The notes below the pieces were generated by a model. The model saw nothing but the letters and a program-made list of their open reading frames with translations. It was not told the origin of the DNA and made no database searches. A stretch of DNA of 64,000 bases from an uncultured Chloroflexia bacterium (GTDB taxonomy: Bacteria; Chloroflexota; Limnocylindria; QHBO01). Each line of letters opens with the position of its first letter. The first letter of the stretch is position 1. Below are positions 10,232 to 20,719 of the stretch, piece by piece. The stretch is taken from the NCBI GenBank assembly GCA_963827475.1, contig CAWHAZ010000003.1, positions 90,151-154,150 of the forward strand, written 5' to 3'. Position numbers and translations under genes: made by a program.

Positions 10232-12067
10232 CTACTCGACAGTGACCGACTTGGCGAGGTTGCGAGGCTGGTCGACATCGGTCCCGCGCGATACGGCGAC
10301 CTCGTAGGCGAGGAGCTGGAGCGGCACGATGCTGATCACCGGAGACAGCTCTTCCAGCGTCTCGGGGACGACGAGGACGTCCTCGGCGAGCTTCCCGATC
10401 TGCTCGTCGCCGGCCGTCGCCACCGCCAGCACCGGCGCCTGACGGGCCCGGGCCTCGGAGACGTTGGACAGGATCTTCTCGTAGACCGCGCCGCGGGTCA
10501 CGATCGCCACGAGGGGGGTGTCGGCATCAAGGAGGGCGATCGGGCCGTGCTTCAGCTCGCCGGCGGCATACCCCTCGGCGTGCACGTAGGACAGCTCCTT
10601 GAGCTTCAGGGCGCCCTCCATCGCGATCGGGAAGCCCACCCCGCGACCGATGTACATCACGTCCTGTACGTTCAGCGCCGCCCAGCGAGCCGCGATCTCG
10701 CGCACCTGCGGGGCACAGTCGAGGGCAGCCACCGCCGCCCGGGGAAGTGCCCGCAGGCCCAGGCCGTAGGTCGCCAGCTGGGCATGGGTCATCGTCCCGC
10801 GCAACCGGGCAACATGCAGGGCCAGCATCTGGAGGACGAGGACCTGGGTCGCGAAGGCCTTGGTGGAGGCGACCCCGATCTCAGGCCCGGCCTGGAGGTA
10901 GACGGTCGCGTCGCCGTCGCGGGCCAAGGCGCTGCCCACGACATTGGTCACGACGACCACCGTCGCACCTCGCTCTCGCGCCAGGCGGGTGGGGGCGATG
11001 GTGTCCGCCGTCTCCCCCGACTGGCTGACGCTGACGACCACGGTCCGGTCGGTGATCGGCGGTGGCGCGTAGCGCATCTCGGAGCCGATGACCGAGACGG
11101 CCGGCACGCCGGCCCACTGCTGGAGGAGGTAGGCACCCACGTCGGAGGCGTAGTGCGCCGTACCGCAGGCGACCAGGTAGATGCGGTCCGCCTCCCGCAG
11201 CTTGTCCTCGACGGCGTCCAGCTCCGGCAGGTGGAGCACGCCCCGGCCATCCACCCGCCCGCGAAGGGCCTCCTGGATCGCGTGCGGCTGCTCGTAGATC
11301 TCCTTCAGGGTGAAGTGCGAGAACCCACCCTTCTCCGCGGCCTCCAGGTTCCAGGTGATCTCGGTCACCTCGCGATCGAGCTCATCGCCCTCGAGGTCGA
11401 TCACCGTCGTCCCCTCCGGTGTCACCGCAGCGATATCCCCCTCGTGGAGGATCACCACCCGCCGGGTGTGCTCGAGGATGGCCGGCACGTCGCTCGCCAG
11501 GAACCCCTCGCCCTCGCCCAGCCCGACGATGAGCGGCACGTTCATCCGGGCCCCGACGATGAGGTCGGGGTGATCGGTGTGCATGACCCCGATGGCGTAG
11601 GCACCCTGGACCTGTCCGAGCGCCCGTCGCACTGCCTCGACCAGGTCGCCTTGGTAGGCCTCCTCGATCAGGTGGGCGAGGACCTCGGTGTCGGTCTCCG
11701 AGCTGAAGGCGTGGCCGGACGCGGCGAGACGGTCGCGGACCTCGGCGTAGTTTTCGATGATCCCGTTGTGGATCAGGGCCAGCTTGCCCGTGCAGTCGGC
11801 GTGGGGATGGGCGTTGAGGTCGGTCGGGGCGCCGTGCGTGGCCCACCGGGTATGGGCGATGCCGGGATGGCCGTGGGGCGTGGAGCCGTTGAGCTGATCG
11901 GTCAGGTTGTGGAGCTTGCCGGCCTTCTTTTCGACGAAGACGGTGCCGGCATCCGTCCGGATCGCGATGCCCGCCGAGTCGTAGCCGCGGTACTCCAGTC
12001 GACGCAGGCCCTCGAGCAGGATGGGCGCCGCATCACGCGGTCCGACGTAGCCGACGATCCCACACAT
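10232..12067 (-). CDS. glmS: Glutamine-fructose-6-phosphate aminotransferase
   Basis: MCGIVG, LEYRGYDSAG, HTRWATHG, PRNLAKSVTVE. Confidence 0.98.
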   Translation of the reverse strand: MCGIVGYVGPRDAAPILLEGLRRLEYRGYDSAGIAIRTDAGTVFVEKKAGKLHNLTDQLNGSTPHGHPGIAHTRWATHGAPTDLNAHPHADCTGKLALIHNGIIENYAEVRDRLAASGHAFSSETDTEVLAHLIEEAYQGDLVEAVRRALGQVQGAYAIGVMHTDHPDLIVGARMNVPLIVGLGEGEGFLASDVPAILEHTRRVVILHEGDIAAVTPEGTTVIDLEGDELDREVTEITWNLEAAEKGGFSHFTLKEIYEQPHAIQEALRGRVDGRGVLHLPELDAVEDKLREADRIYLVACGTAHYASDVGAYLLQQWAGVPAVSVIGSEMRYAPPPITDRTVVVSVSQSGETADTIAPTRLARERGATVVVVTNVVGSALARDGDATVYLQAGPEIGVASTKAFATQVLVLQMLALHVARLRGTMTHAQLATYGLGLRALPRAAVAALDCAPQVREIAARWAALNVQDVMYIGRGVGFPIAMEGALKLKELSYVHAEGYAAGELKHGPIALLDADTPLVAIVTRGAVYEKILSNVSEARARQAPVLAVATAGDEQIGKLAEDVLVVPETLEELSPVISIVPLQLLAYEVAVSRGTDVDQPRNLAKSVTVE

Positions 12068-12086
12068 GACGTGTTCTGGCGCTCGA

Positions 12087-13418
12087 CTAGTTCAAGCGCG
12101 CGGTGGCCAGGTCCGCGAGCTCCCGGGCAATGGTGGCGATCTCGTCTGGCTCCTCACCTTCGACCATGATCCGCAGCCGGGGCTCGGTGCCCGAGGCGCG
12201 GACGAGAATCCGTCCCCGGCTGCCAAGCCGGGCGGTCGCCCGTGCCACGGCGTCCGCAAAGAGCGGGTCGACCTGCCACTGATCCTTGTGGCGGACGGCC
12301 GAGTTTATCACCACCTGCGGAAGCCTCGGAATTCGGGCGGCCAGGGTCGAGAGGCTCGCCCCGGGCGCGGCCCGGAGGGCGGCGACCAGCTGGATGGCGG
12401 TCAGCAGCCCGTCTCCGGTGGCGGCCAGGTCGCGGAAGATCACGTGGCCTGACTGCTCGCCGCCGAGCATGGCGCCCGAGCGCTCCATGGCCTCCAGGAT
12501 GTGGCGATCGCCCACCGGCGCCCGAATGACGCGGCCTCCGGCCGCCTCCACGACCCGCACCAGCCCGTCGTTGCTCATGACCGATACCACCAGCGTCTGC
12601 TCGGCGAGCGTGCCCGCCTCGAGGCGTTCCAGGGCGCAGATCCCCATCACTCCGTCGCCGTCGACCACCTCCCCCGCCTCGGTGACGGCGATGAGCCGAT
12701 CCGCGTCGCCGTCGAACGCAAAGCCGAGGTCCAGCCCGTTGACGCGGACGAGGTCCGCGAGGGAGGCGGGGTCCGTCGCGCCGCCACCGACGTTGATGTT
12801 CGTCCCATCGGGATCGCAGTGGATGGTCGTGACATCCGCCCCCAGGCTCCGCAGCAGGTCCGGGCCGAAGGAGGAGAGCGAGCCGTTGGCCGCGTCGAGG
12901 CCCACCCGCAGCCCGGTGAGCTGGTCGCCGGCGATGGCGACGAGATGCTCCCGGTAGAGGGCGACCGCCTCGGGGTCGCGGCTGACGCGGCCGAGGCCCG
13001 CGTTGGTCGGACCGGGGAGTGCTTCGGCCTGGAAGATGAGGTGCTCGAGCTGCTCCTCGGCCTCGTCGTCCATCTTCCGGCCGCCCGACACCACCTTCAG
13101 CCCGTTGTCGTCGGGCGGGTTGTGCGAGGCGGAGACCATGACCCCCGCCACGTGCTCGCCGGTCTCGGCCACGAACGCGAGGCACGGGGTCGGGACGACG
13201 CCGAGGTCGAGGACATCGGTCCCGACCGAGGTCAGCCCGGCGGTCAGTGCGGAGACGAGCATCTCTCCCGATCGCCGTGTGTCGCGGCCGACGACCACGC
13301 TCCGGCCGGCGCCTTCGACGTAGTGGCCCAGCGCGCGGCCGAGGTCGTAGGCAAGGGTCGGAGTCAGGTCGACATTGGCGACACCGCGGATGCCGTCGGT
13401 GCCGAACAGGCGGCCCAT
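12087..13418 (-). CDS. glmM: Phosphoglucosamine mutase
   Basis: LFGTDGIRG, SASHNP, FDGDADR, GGEQSGH, RASGTEP. Confidence 0.97.
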   Translation of the reverse strand: MGRLFGTDGIRGVANVDLTPTLAYDLGRALGHYVEGAGRSVVVGRDTRRSGEMLVSALTAGLTSVGTDVLDLGVVPTPCLAFVAETGEHVAGVMVSASHNPPDDNGLKVVSGGRKMDDEAEEQLEHLIFQAEALPGPTNAGLGRVSRDPEAVALYREHLVAIAGDQLTGLRVGLDAANGSLSSFGPDLLRSLGADVTTIHCDPDGTNINVGGGATDPASLADLVRVNGLDLGFAFDGDADRLIAVTEAGEVVDGDGVMGICALERLEAGTLAEQTLVVSVMSNDGLVRVVEAAGGRVIRAPVGDRHILEAMERSGAMLGGEQSGHVIFRDLAATGDGLLTAIQLVAALRAAPGASLSTLAARIPRLPQVVINSAVRHKDQWQVDPLFADAVARATARLGSRGRILVRASGTEPRLRIMVEGEEPDEIATIARELADLATARLN

Positions 13419-13434
13419 CGTGCGCTCGGTCGGG

Positions 13435-14646
13435 TTACGGGCCGCCGGCGGTGAGCGTCACCGTCACCGGGGCGAGGGGTTGGACGAGGGTGATCCCGGC
13501 CGGAAGGTTCACGGTCGGTGTGACCTGGTGCGTGCCCTCGCCCAGCCCCGCCATGTTCAGGATCGGGGTGACCTGGGCCGGGGTGAGGGCCGCCACCGCG
13601 GACCTCGTCCCACTGACCGTGACCGGGATCTGGCCCGCGGCCGGCTCGCAGGTCAACCCGGCGCCCACGTTGGTGCAGACCGGTCCGGCGAGGATCGTGC
13701 GGCTCGCGAACTCCGGGGCGACGTCGACCGTCACCGAGGCCACCGGCTCCACCCCGTCGGCGAGACGGGTCTGGTCCGGAATGGTGAGCGCGACCTCGAT
13801 CACGGTGTCGGCGGTGACGGTCGCGAGGTTGATGGGCGCCGTGGAAACGCTCGCGATCGACGCAAGCACCGCCGGCGGGCCGAAGATCGTGACCGCGGCT
13901 GGTTCGGCACTGACCGCGGTCAGGGTCAGACCGACCGGCGGGCTGCCCTCGAGGTCGAGGGCGACCGGTACCGTCTTCGAGGTCTCGGCGGTGCTGACCT
14001 CGATGTCGACCGACGCCGCGTTGGGCGACAGCTCGACCGCCGGCACGGGCTCGCCGTCGACATTGACCGGGACGAGGTCGACCTGCTCGTGCACGTCGAT
14101 CCCGGAGGGGTCGATCCGCACCCGGGCGAGGGCACGGGTCACGAGCCGCAGGCGGCTCTCCGGGCCCTGTGCCTGGACCGTGGACGGCATGACGTTCTGC
14201 GACGTGATCTCCAGCCCGGCCGGGATCTCGCCGCGGTCGACGACCACCTGCACCGTCCGCACCCCGAGCCGGTCGAGGATGACCGACACCTCGAGCGGGG
14301 CGTAGTCGAGCACCTCGACCTCCTCGTCCAGGGAGCGGACGTCGACGGGCAGGAGCTGCGGCTCGCCCGCCTGGGTCATGTCATAGACCTCGAGGTCGAC
14401 GGATACGCTGAAGGTGGTGGCCGTTACCCCGCCGGCGGCCGCGGCTGATGCGCGGTATCCGATGTCGACCGTGCCAAGGTCGCCGGTGAGCAGATACGTG
14501 TTCAGCGGCTGGTTCACCGCCCGAATCGCCACCCCGGTAACCTGCTGCTCGGTGAACGAGCCGGAGTACACCAGGCCGGCGTAGAGCAGGACCGACAGGA
14601 GCAGGGCGCCCAGCTTCAGCGGCCAGTTGCGCAGCAGCCAGGCCAT
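13435..14646 (-). CDS. cdaR: CdaR/YbbR-repeat diadenylate cyclase regulator
   Basis: N-terminal RNWPLKLGALLLSVLL TM anchor, repeated P..V.V.GP YbbR-like units; located between cdaA and glmM. Confidence 0.85.
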   Translation of the reverse strand: MAWLLRNWPLKLGALLLSVLLYAGLVYSGSFTEQQVTGVAIRAVNQPLNTYLLTGDLGTVDIGYRASAAAAGGVTATTFSVSVDLEVYDMTQAGEPQLLPVDVRSLDEEVEVLDYAPLEVSVILDRLGVRTVQVVVDRGEIPAGLEITSQNVMPSTVQAQGPESRLRLVTRALARVRIDPSGIDVHEQVDLVPVNVDGEPVPAVELSPNAASVDIEVSTAETSKTVPVALDLEGSPPVGLTLTAVSAEPAAVTIFGPPAVLASIASVSTAPINLATVTADTVIEVALTIPDQTRLADGVEPVASVTVDVAPEFASRTILAGPVCTNVGAGLTCEPAAGQIPVTVSGTRSAVAALTPAQVTPILNMAGLGEGTHQVTPTVNLPAGITLVQPLAPVTVTLTAGGP

Positions 14647-15701
14647 CAGGCGCGGCGGTCTCCGCTGGCCACCGGCGCCGCGGGGTCGGACGGGTCCGGC
14701 GCAGGAGTGGCAGGTTTCTGCGCCTGGGCGGCGGTCTTCTTCGTCTGGGCGGCGGGCTTCTGCCCCGGAGAGGTCGCGTCAGCCGGCGGCGCGACGGAGG
14801 TGACCACCCGGTCGTCGGGGTCGATCGGCGCCTCGACCGGCTCGTCCTCGGGCATGCCCCATCGACCCTCCAGCGTGCGCCGCAGGAGCGGCGCTGCTTC
14901 GCGCGGGGCCTGGGGCCGGATGAGGCTGAAGATCCGGCGCCGAAGCCGGTCCTCGCTGAGGTTCCGCTCGATGCGCCCCCGGACGACGAGCGAGATGGAA
15001 CCGGTTTCCTCGCTGACGACCACGATCAGGGCATCGGTCTGCTCGCTGATGCCGATCGCCGCCCGGTGGCGGGTCCCGTACCGCTCGCTGTCGAGCACGT
15101 TCTGGCTGAGCGGGAGCAGGACGCCGGCAGCGACGATCCGGTTGCCGGAGACGACCACCGCGCCATCGTGCAGCGCGGTGCCGTGGTAGAAGATCGTGGC
15201 CAGCAGCTCGGCATGGAGATCGGCGTTGATCGGCACGCCGGACTCGGCGGTCAGGTCATGGAGGCCGGTCTCGCGCTCGATCACGATCAGTGCCCCGTGG
15301 CGCGACCCGGCCAGCAGGCGCGCGGCTCGCGACACCTCGCGGGCCACGCTGTCGGCCGCGGAGACCTCGGACGACACGAACAGACGGTTCAGGGAGCCCA
15401 TCCGGCCGATCTGCTCGAGTCCACGACGCAGCTCCGGCTGGAAGACGACGACCACCGCGAACAGGCCGACCACCGCCCCGGCCTGGAGCAGGGTCGAGAG
15501 CAGGACGAGATCGAAGGCCTGGGCGGCGATGTAGACCAGGGCCACGATGGACAGGCCGATCAGGATCCGGACCGCGCGCGTGCCCCGAATGAGCACGAAC
15601 AGCCAGTAGATCAGGACGGCGACGACGATGATGTCGATGATCGAGGTCAGCGGCGTGCCGCGCAGGAAGGTGTCGAGGAAGTCGCTGATGCTCTCCGGCA
15701 C
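14646..15701 (-). CDS. cdaA: Diadenylate cyclase CdaA/DacA
   Basis: Three N-terminal TM segments, VFQPELRRGLE, LHDGA, GTRHRAAIGISE, VVSEETG. Confidence 0.95.
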   Translation of the reverse strand: MPESISDFLDTFLRGTPLTSIIDIIVVAVLIYWLFVLIRGTRAVRILIGLSIVALVYIAAQAFDLVLLSTLLQAGAVVGLFAVVVVFQPELRRGLEQIGRMGSLNRLFVSSEVSAADSVAREVSRAARLLAGSRHGALIVIERETGLHDLTAESGVPINADLHAELLATIFYHGTALHDGAVVVSGNRIVAAGVLLPLSQNVLDSERYGTRHRAAIGISEQTDALIVVVSEETGSISLVVRGRIERNLSEDRLRRRIFSLIRPQAPREAAPLLRRTLEGRWGMPEDEPVEAPIDPDDRVVTSVAPPADATSPGQKPAAQTKKTAAQAQKPATPAPDPSDPAAPVASGDRRA

Positions 15702-15735
15702 GTTCAGACAGGAGCTCCCCTTCGGTCGGGGGACA

Positions 15736-15744
15736 ATGGTAGCA
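15736..15744 (-). promoter_or_regulatory. Putative extended -10 promoter (TGcTACCAT) for cdaA-cdaR-glmM-glmS
   Basis: TGnTANNNT motif about 35 nt upstream of the cdaA start, just after a GC-rich hairpin that follows rpsI. Confidence 0.5.
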
Positions 15745-15789
15745 AAGGCCCCCGAGCGTTCCCCCGGAACGGTCCGGGAGCGGTCCTGA

Positions 15790-16182
15790 TCAGCGCTTGG
15801 TGTACTGCGGCGCCTTGCGAGCTCGCTTCAGGCCGTACTTCTTGCGCTCCTTCGCCCGGGGATCACGGGTGAGCAACCCCGCCTCGCGGAGGGCGCCGCG
15901 GAAGTCGGGATGGCCAGCGAGCAACGCGCGGGCAATCCCGTGGCGGATGGCCCCCGCCTGGCCGGACGTTCCGCCACCGGCAACCAGCACGCTGGCCGCG
16001 TAGCGGCCCTCGGTATCGGTCACCCGGAAGGGCAGGCGGATCGGGGCCACTCGGGCCTCGCCGCCGAAGTACTCATCGGCCGGCTTGCCGTTCACGGTCA
16101 TCGCCCCGTCACCGGGGAGGAGCCGGACTCGGGCCACCGAGGTCTTGCGACGCCCGGTCCCGTACAGGTAGTTGACGCTCAC
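15790..16182 (-). CDS. rpsI: 30S ribosomal protein S9
   Basis: [37 protein letters not shown]; GTG start at 16182. Confidence 0.97.
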   Translation of the reverse strand: MSVNYLYGTGRRKTSVARVRLLPGDGAMTVNGKPADEYFGGEARVAPIRLPFRVTDTEGRYAASVLVAGGGTSGQAGAIRHGIARALLAGHPDFRGALREAGLLTRDPRAKERKKYGLKRARKAPQYTKR

Positions 16183-16625
16183 GACGCCTCCTCGGGCTGC
16201 TCGTCGGCCGGGCGCGGAAGCTGGGCCTTGTGGGGATGGTCCGCTCCGGGATAAACCTTCAACTTGCGGTACATCGCGTTGCCGAGCCGGTTGTGGGGCA
16301 GCATGCCCTTGACCGCCATCTCGATCACGCGCTCGGGCTTCCGGGCGAGGAGGTCGCCGAGCGACTCCTCGCGCAGCCCGCCGGGGTAGTTGGAATGGCG
16401 GTAGTACCGCTTCTGGGCGAGCTTGTTGCCGGTCACCCGCACGCGCGCGGCATTGACCACCACCACGTGGTCCCCGCTGTCGAGGTGCGGCGACCAGGTC
16501 GCCTTGTGCTTGCCGGCCAGGAGCGTCGCGACGCGCGTGGCCAACCGCCCGAGCGGCTGATCCGTGGCGTCGATGAGCCACCAGCCCCGGTCGATCTCGC
16601 TGGCCTTGACCGCGTAGGTCTTCAC
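16179..16625 (-). CDS. rplM: 50S ribosomal protein L13
   Basis: [32 protein letters not shown]. Confidence 0.97.
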   Translation of the reverse strand: MKTYAVKASEIDRGWWLIDATDQPLGRLATRVATLLAGKHKATWSPHLDSGDHVVVVNAARVRVTGNKLAQKRYYRHSNYPGGLREESLGDLLARKPERVIEMAVKGMLPHNRLGNAMYRKLKVYPGADHPHKAQLPRPADEQPEEAS

Positions 16626-17407
16626 GTTCGTCTCTCGTCTCCTGTCGTTCCGAAGCTGATCCGCTCGAGCGTGAGCCCCAGGGCCGGGGCGGCCCGCCCG
16701 TACAGGGCGCGCTGCCGGGCCTCGAGGATCTGCTCGACGTCGGCCGAGGCCATCTGGCCCCGCCCCACGGCGAGCAACACCGCCACCAGGCTTCGCACCA
16801 TCCGGCGGAGGAACGCGTTGCCCTCGACCGTGACCTCGACCAGCGTCCCGCGCTGCCGGACCGTGACCGCCGCCAGGTGGCGGACCGTCTGGCCCCGCGC
16901 GTCGCTGCCGAGGGCGGCGAAGTCGCGTTCCCCCACCATCCGGGCCGCGGCATCGCGCATGGCGGCTACGTCCAGGTGGTCGGGGATCTCGAGCGTCCGA
17001 TGCCGGTCCGTCGGGCGGCGGTCGCCGTCCTGCCGGATCCGGTAGCAGTAGGTCCGCGCCACGGCCGCGCGACGGGGATCGAACCCCGTTCCCGCGCTCC
17101 GCAGGGAGCGGATCACCACATCCGGCGCCAGCGCCGCGTTCAGGCGTCGCCGCAGCTCTGCCATTCCGATCCGCTCCCCGCGGGGGCGGCTCGGCAGGCA
17201 GAAGGCGATCACCTGACCGGTGGCGTGCACGCCGGCATCGGTGCGCCCGGCGAATCGGACCGTGATCCGCTCGCCGGTCAGCTTGTTAAGCGCGTCCTCC
17301 AGCTCGCCCTGCACCGTCCGCTGTCGCGGCTGGCGCTGCGAGCCGGCGAACGCCGTCCCGTCGTACTCGATCACCGCCCGGGCGCATCGTCGCGCCACGG
17401 GAGGCAT
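16622..17407 (-). CDS. truA: tRNA pseudouridine(38-40) synthase
   Basis: [26 protein letters not shown]. Confidence 0.95.
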   Translation of the reverse strand: MPPVARRCARAVIEYDGTAFAGSQRQPRQRTVQGELEDALNKLTGERITVRFAGRTDAGVHATGQVIAFCLPSRPRGERIGMAELRRRLNAALAPDVVIRSLRSAGTGFDPRRAAVARTYCYRIRQDGDRRPTDRHRTLEIPDHLDVAAMRDAAARMVGERDFAALGSDARGQTVRHLAAVTVRQRGTLVEVTVEGNAFLRRMVRSLVAVLLAVGRGQMASADVEQILEARQRALYGRAAPALGLTLERISFGTTGDERRT

Positions 17408-17442
17408 CGGTTCTTCGGTTGTTCGGCCGGTCGAGCGCGCCC

Positions 17443-17796
17443 TCAGACGAGCTCGATCTGCACCATCGGCGCCGCGTCGCCGGCCCGGGGTCCGAGACGC
17501 GTGATCCGCGTGAACCCCGACCCCCGGTCGGCGTACTTGGTCGCCAGTTCGCCCATCAGCTTCTCGATGATGAGCGGCTCATTCGGCAGCTGGGCCACCA
17601 GCCGCCGTCGGGCCGGCAGGTCGCCGCGCTTGGCGGTGACGATCAGCCGGTCCACCATGCCCCGCACCTCCTTGGCCTTCGCCTCGGTCGTCTTCAGCCG
17701 TTCGTAGCGGAGGACGGCCACGGCCAGGTTGGCGAGCATGTGCTCGCGGTGGGCCGTGGGCCGGCTCAGCTTCCGGCCGGCGATGCGGTGCGGCAT
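17443..17796 (-). CDS. rplQ: 50S ribosomal protein L17
   Basis: GRKLSR, TTEAKAKE, GFTRI..GPRAGDAA. Confidence 0.97.
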   Translation of the reverse strand: MPHRIAGRKLSRPTAHREHMLANLAVAVLRYERLKTTEAKAKEVRGMVDRLIVTAKRGDLPARRRLVAQLPNEPLIIEKLMGELATKYADRGSGFTRITRLGPRAGDAAPMVQIELV

Positions 17797-17807
17797 CGTT
17801 CGGTTTC

Positions 17808-18827
17808 CTAGGCCTCGCGGTTCAGCTCGGCGGCAACGGCCTCGTCGAGCTCGGCGGCGGCCGGCAGGTCGGCCTCGTCCGCCGTCGGGGTCCCATCCTC
17901 GGGCGGGATGAACCCGCGCAGGGCGAGGCGCTCTTTCATGTCGTCGAGGCTCTTCTTGCCGAAGTTCCGCATCCGAAGCAGCTCGTCGTCTCCGAGCGCC
18001 AGGAGCTGGCCGATCTTCGTGATGTTGTTGCGCTTCAGGCTGTTGTAGGCCCGCATCGGGAGATCGAGCTCCTCGATCGGGGCGTCGAGCAGGCTGGCCG
18101 CCAGCGGCGCGGGGACGTCGTCCCCGGTCGCCATCGCCGGCCGTCCGATCTCGGCGAAGCGGGAGAACTCGCGGACGAGGATCCCCGCCGCCTGGGCGAG
18201 CGCTGCCTGGGGGGTGCTGGTCCCATCGGTTTCGATCTCGAGGGTCAGCTTGTCGAAGTTCGTCATCTGGCCGACCCGGGTGTTCTCGACCGAGAAGTTC
18301 ACGTTGCGCACCGGGGAGAAGATCGCGTCGACCGGGATGACCCCGATCGGCATCTCTTCCGTGTGCTCCGCGGCGCGGTAGCCGACACCGGTTTCGATCG
18401 TGATGTCCATGTCGATCGAGCCCGCATCCGAATCCAGGGTGAGCAGCTCGAGGTCGGGGTTCACGATCTCGACGTCTGCCGACTCGGCGATGTCGCCGGC
18501 GGTGACGAGCCCGGCGCCGTGCTTGGCGAGCTTGAGCGTCACCGGGTGCGGGGCGAAGGACCGGAGCCGGATCTTCTTCATGTTCAGCACGATCTGGGTC
18601 ACGTCTTCCTTGACGGCCGGGATGGTGCTGAACTCGTGGTAGACGTTGGCGACCTGGATGGAGGTCACGGCCGCCCCCTCGAGCGACGAGAGCAGGACGC
18701 GGCGCAGGGCGTTGCCCAGGGTGACCCCGTAGCCGGCGGCGAGGGGCTGGATCTCGAATCGGCCCGCAGCGCCATGCGCCTCGACCTCTTCAATACGCGG
18801 GGTGGACTCGGGTTCGATCATCAGCAA
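17808..18827 (-). CDS. rpoA: RNA polymerase alpha subunit
   Basis: GYGVTLGNALRRVLLSSLEG, PVDAIFSPV, RAYNSLKR, RNFGKKSL. Confidence 0.98.
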   Translation of the reverse strand: MLMIEPESTPRIEEVEAHGAAGRFEIQPLAAGYGVTLGNALRRVLLSSLEGAAVTSIQVANVYHEFSTIPAVKEDVTQIVLNMKKIRLRSFAPHPVTLKLAKHGAGLVTAGDIAESADVEIVNPDLELLTLDSDAGSIDMDITIETGVGYRAAEHTEEMPIGVIPVDAIFSPVRNVNFSVENTRVGQMTNFDKLTLEIETDGTSTPQAALAQAAGILVREFSRFAEIGRPAMATGDDVPAPLAASLLDAPIEELDLPMRAYNSLKRNNITKIGQLLALGDDELLRMRNFGKKSLDDMKERLALRGFIPPEDGTPTADEADLPAAAELDEAVAAELNREA

Positions 18828-18836
18828 GGGGGACTC

Positions 18837-19463
18837 CTAGCGCGAGTAGTACTCGACGACGAGCTGTTCGTTGAACTCCATGGGCATCTGCTCACGGGTT
18901 GGTTCGGCGGTGACGGTTCCGGAGAGCTTGGTCGGATCCGCGCTCACCCAGTCCGGGACCTGGGCGGCACGCATGGACTCGGGCGCAGCCTGGAAATAGG
19001 TGCGGCTGCGGCGCGTGTCGCGGACCTCGACACGGTCGCCCACCGAGACCTGGCGGCTCGGGGACTTGGTCGCCCGGCCGTTGACGTTGAAGTGGCCGTG
19101 GGTGACCAGCTGGCGCGCCTGGGCGCGCGAGGTCGCGAAGCCCATGCGATACACGACGTTGTCGAGGCGCATCTCGAGCATGCGCAGCAGGTTCTCGCCG
19201 GTCATCCCCTTCTGGCGGGCGGCTTCGCGGAAGTAGTTGCGGAACTGGCGCTCCATGACCGAGTAGCTGCGCCGGACCCGCTGCTTCTCACGCATCTGGA
19301 GCCCGTACTCGCTCACCTTCCGCCGGCGGGTGGGGTTCATGCCGGGCGGCGTGCTGCGTCGTTCGAACGAGCACTTCTTCGAGTAGCAGCGGCTCCCCTT
19401 CAGGAAGAGCTTCAGCCCCTCGCGACGGCAGATGCGGCAGACCGGATCCGTGTAGCGCGCCAT
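18837..19463 (-). CDS. rpsD: 30S ribosomal protein S4 (Zn-binding form)
   Basis: ARYTDPVCRICRREG, LEMRLDNVVYRMG, VVEYYSR. Confidence 0.98.
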   Translation of the reverse strand: MARYTDPVCRICRREGLKLFLKGSRCYSKKCSFERRSTPPGMNPTRRRKVSEYGLQMREKQRVRRSYSVMERQFRNYFREAARQKGMTGENLLRMLEMRLDNVVYRMGFATSRAQARQLVTHGHFNVNGRATKSPSRQVSVGDRVEVRDTRRSRTYFQAAPESMRAAQVPDWVSADPTKLSGTVTAEPTREQMPMEFNEQLVVEYYSR

Positions 19464-19466
19464 GGC

Positions 19467-19862
19467 TCAGACCCGCCGCCGCTTCGGTGGGCGGCAGCCG
19501 TTGTGCGGAATGGGCGTGACGTCGGTGATGGCGGTGACCTCCAGGCCGGCGGCCTGCAGCGAACGGATGGCCTGCTCGCGGCCGGCCCCCGGGCCCTTCA
19601 CGAAGACCTCGACCTGGCGGACGCCGTGCTCCATCGCCTTGCGGGCGGCGAGCTCGGCGGTCTGGGCCGCGGCGTACGGCGTGCTCTTGCGCGAGCCCTT
19701 GAAGCCGACCAGCCCCGCGCTGCCCCAGGCGATCACGCCACCACCAGGATCGGTGATGGTGACGATCGTGTTGTTGAACGTGGCCTGGATGTGGGCGTGC
19801 CCGGACGGGACGTTCTTCTTCTCGCGCTTCTTGGTGCGCGTTTTCGTCTTGCGTTCAGCCAT
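19467..19862 (-). CDS. rpsK: 30S ribosomal protein S11
   Basis: [37 protein letters not shown]. Confidence 0.98.
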   Translation of the reverse strand: MAERKTKTRTKKREKKNVPSGHAHIQATFNNTIVTITDPGGGVIAWGSAGLVGFKGSRKSTPYAAAQTAELAARKAMEHGVRQVEVFVKGPGAGREQAIRSLQAAGLEVTAITDVTPIPHNGCRPPKRRRV

Positions 19863-19880
19863 GGATCTCGCTGCTACTCG

Positions 19881-20252
19881 TTACTTCTTGCGCCGGATGC
19901 CGACGGTTCGGCGCGAGCCGCGCCGCTGGCGAGCGTTGGTCTTGGTCCGCTGCCCCCGGGAGGGCAGGTTTCGCCGATGACGAACGCCGCGATAGGCGCC
20001 GATCTCCATCAGGCGCTTGATGTTCATGCTGACCTCGCGGCGGACGTCACCCTCGACGCGGTACCGCTTGTCGATGATGTCGCGGAGGCGGGTGACCTCG
20101 TCCTCGGTGAGATCGCGGACCCGCGCGTCAGGCGACACGTTGGCCGCGGTCACGACCTTGGCCGCGGTGGCCGGGCCGATGCCGTGGATGTAGGTCAGGG
20201 ACACGATCACCCGCTTCTCGCGGGGAATGTCCACGCCGGCGATGCGCGCCAT
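19881..20252 (-). CDS. rpsM: 30S ribosomal protein S13
   Basis: [31 protein letters not shown]. Confidence 0.98.
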   Translation of the reverse strand: MARIAGVDIPREKRVIVSLTYIHGIGPATAAKVVTAANVSPDARVRDLTEDEVTRLRDIIDKRYRVEGDVRREVSMNIKRLMEIGAYRGVRHRRNLPSRGQRTKTNARQRRGSRRTVGIRRKK

Positions 20253-20261
20253 CAGCTGCCC

Positions 20262-20375
20262 CTAGCCCTGCCGCTGGCGGTGCTTGGGGATGCGGCAGAT
20301 GACCAGCACCACACCCGAGCGCCGAATGACCTTGCAGCGCTCGCAGCGGGGCTTGACCGAAGCAGAAACCTTCAT
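20262..20375 (-). CDS. rpmJ: 50S ribosomal protein L36 (not in the ORF track)
   Basis: Manual translation [37 protein letters not shown]. Confidence 0.96.
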   Translation of the reverse strand: MKVSASVKPRCERCKVIRRSGVVLVICRIPKHRQRQG

Positions 20376-20590
20376 CGCATCCTGTACGTGATCCGACCTC
20401 GGGTGAGGTCGTAGGGACTGAGCTCGACTCGAACGGTGTCGCCGGGCAGGATGCGGATGAAGTTCTTGCGGAGCTTCCCCGAGATGTGGGCCAGGACTTC
20501 GTGGCCGTTCTCGAGGCGCACCTTGAACATCGCGTTCGGCAAGGGGAGGATCACCTCGCCCTCGACCTCAATGGCATCCTTCTTCGGCAA
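20372..20590 (-). CDS. infA: Translation initiation factor IF-1
   Basis: [31 protein letters not shown]. Confidence 0.98.
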   Translation of the reverse strand: MPKKDAIEVEGEVILPLPNAMFKVRLENGHEVLAHISGKLRKNFIRILPGDTVRVELSPYDLTRGRITYRMR

Positions 20591-20676
20591 GCGCTACGCA
20601 CCCTCGTTCGCGGTCTATCTACTCTCAATTGGGGGGACACACCGAAAGGCCGCCGCACGCGGCGACCGGATCGAAG

Positions 20677-20705
20677 AGTATACATCCGGCCCCGATTTCG
20701 GGCAA
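20677..20705 (-). promoter_or_regulatory. Sigma-70-type promoter for infA and the alpha operon
   Basis: TTGCCC-N17-TATACT in the map-infA spacer. Confidence 0.65.
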
Positions 20706-20719
20706 TCGGCGGCCTGGTT

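Noticed and set aside
12068-12086. glmS ribozyme upstream of glmS
   Set aside because: The intergenic gap is only 19 nt
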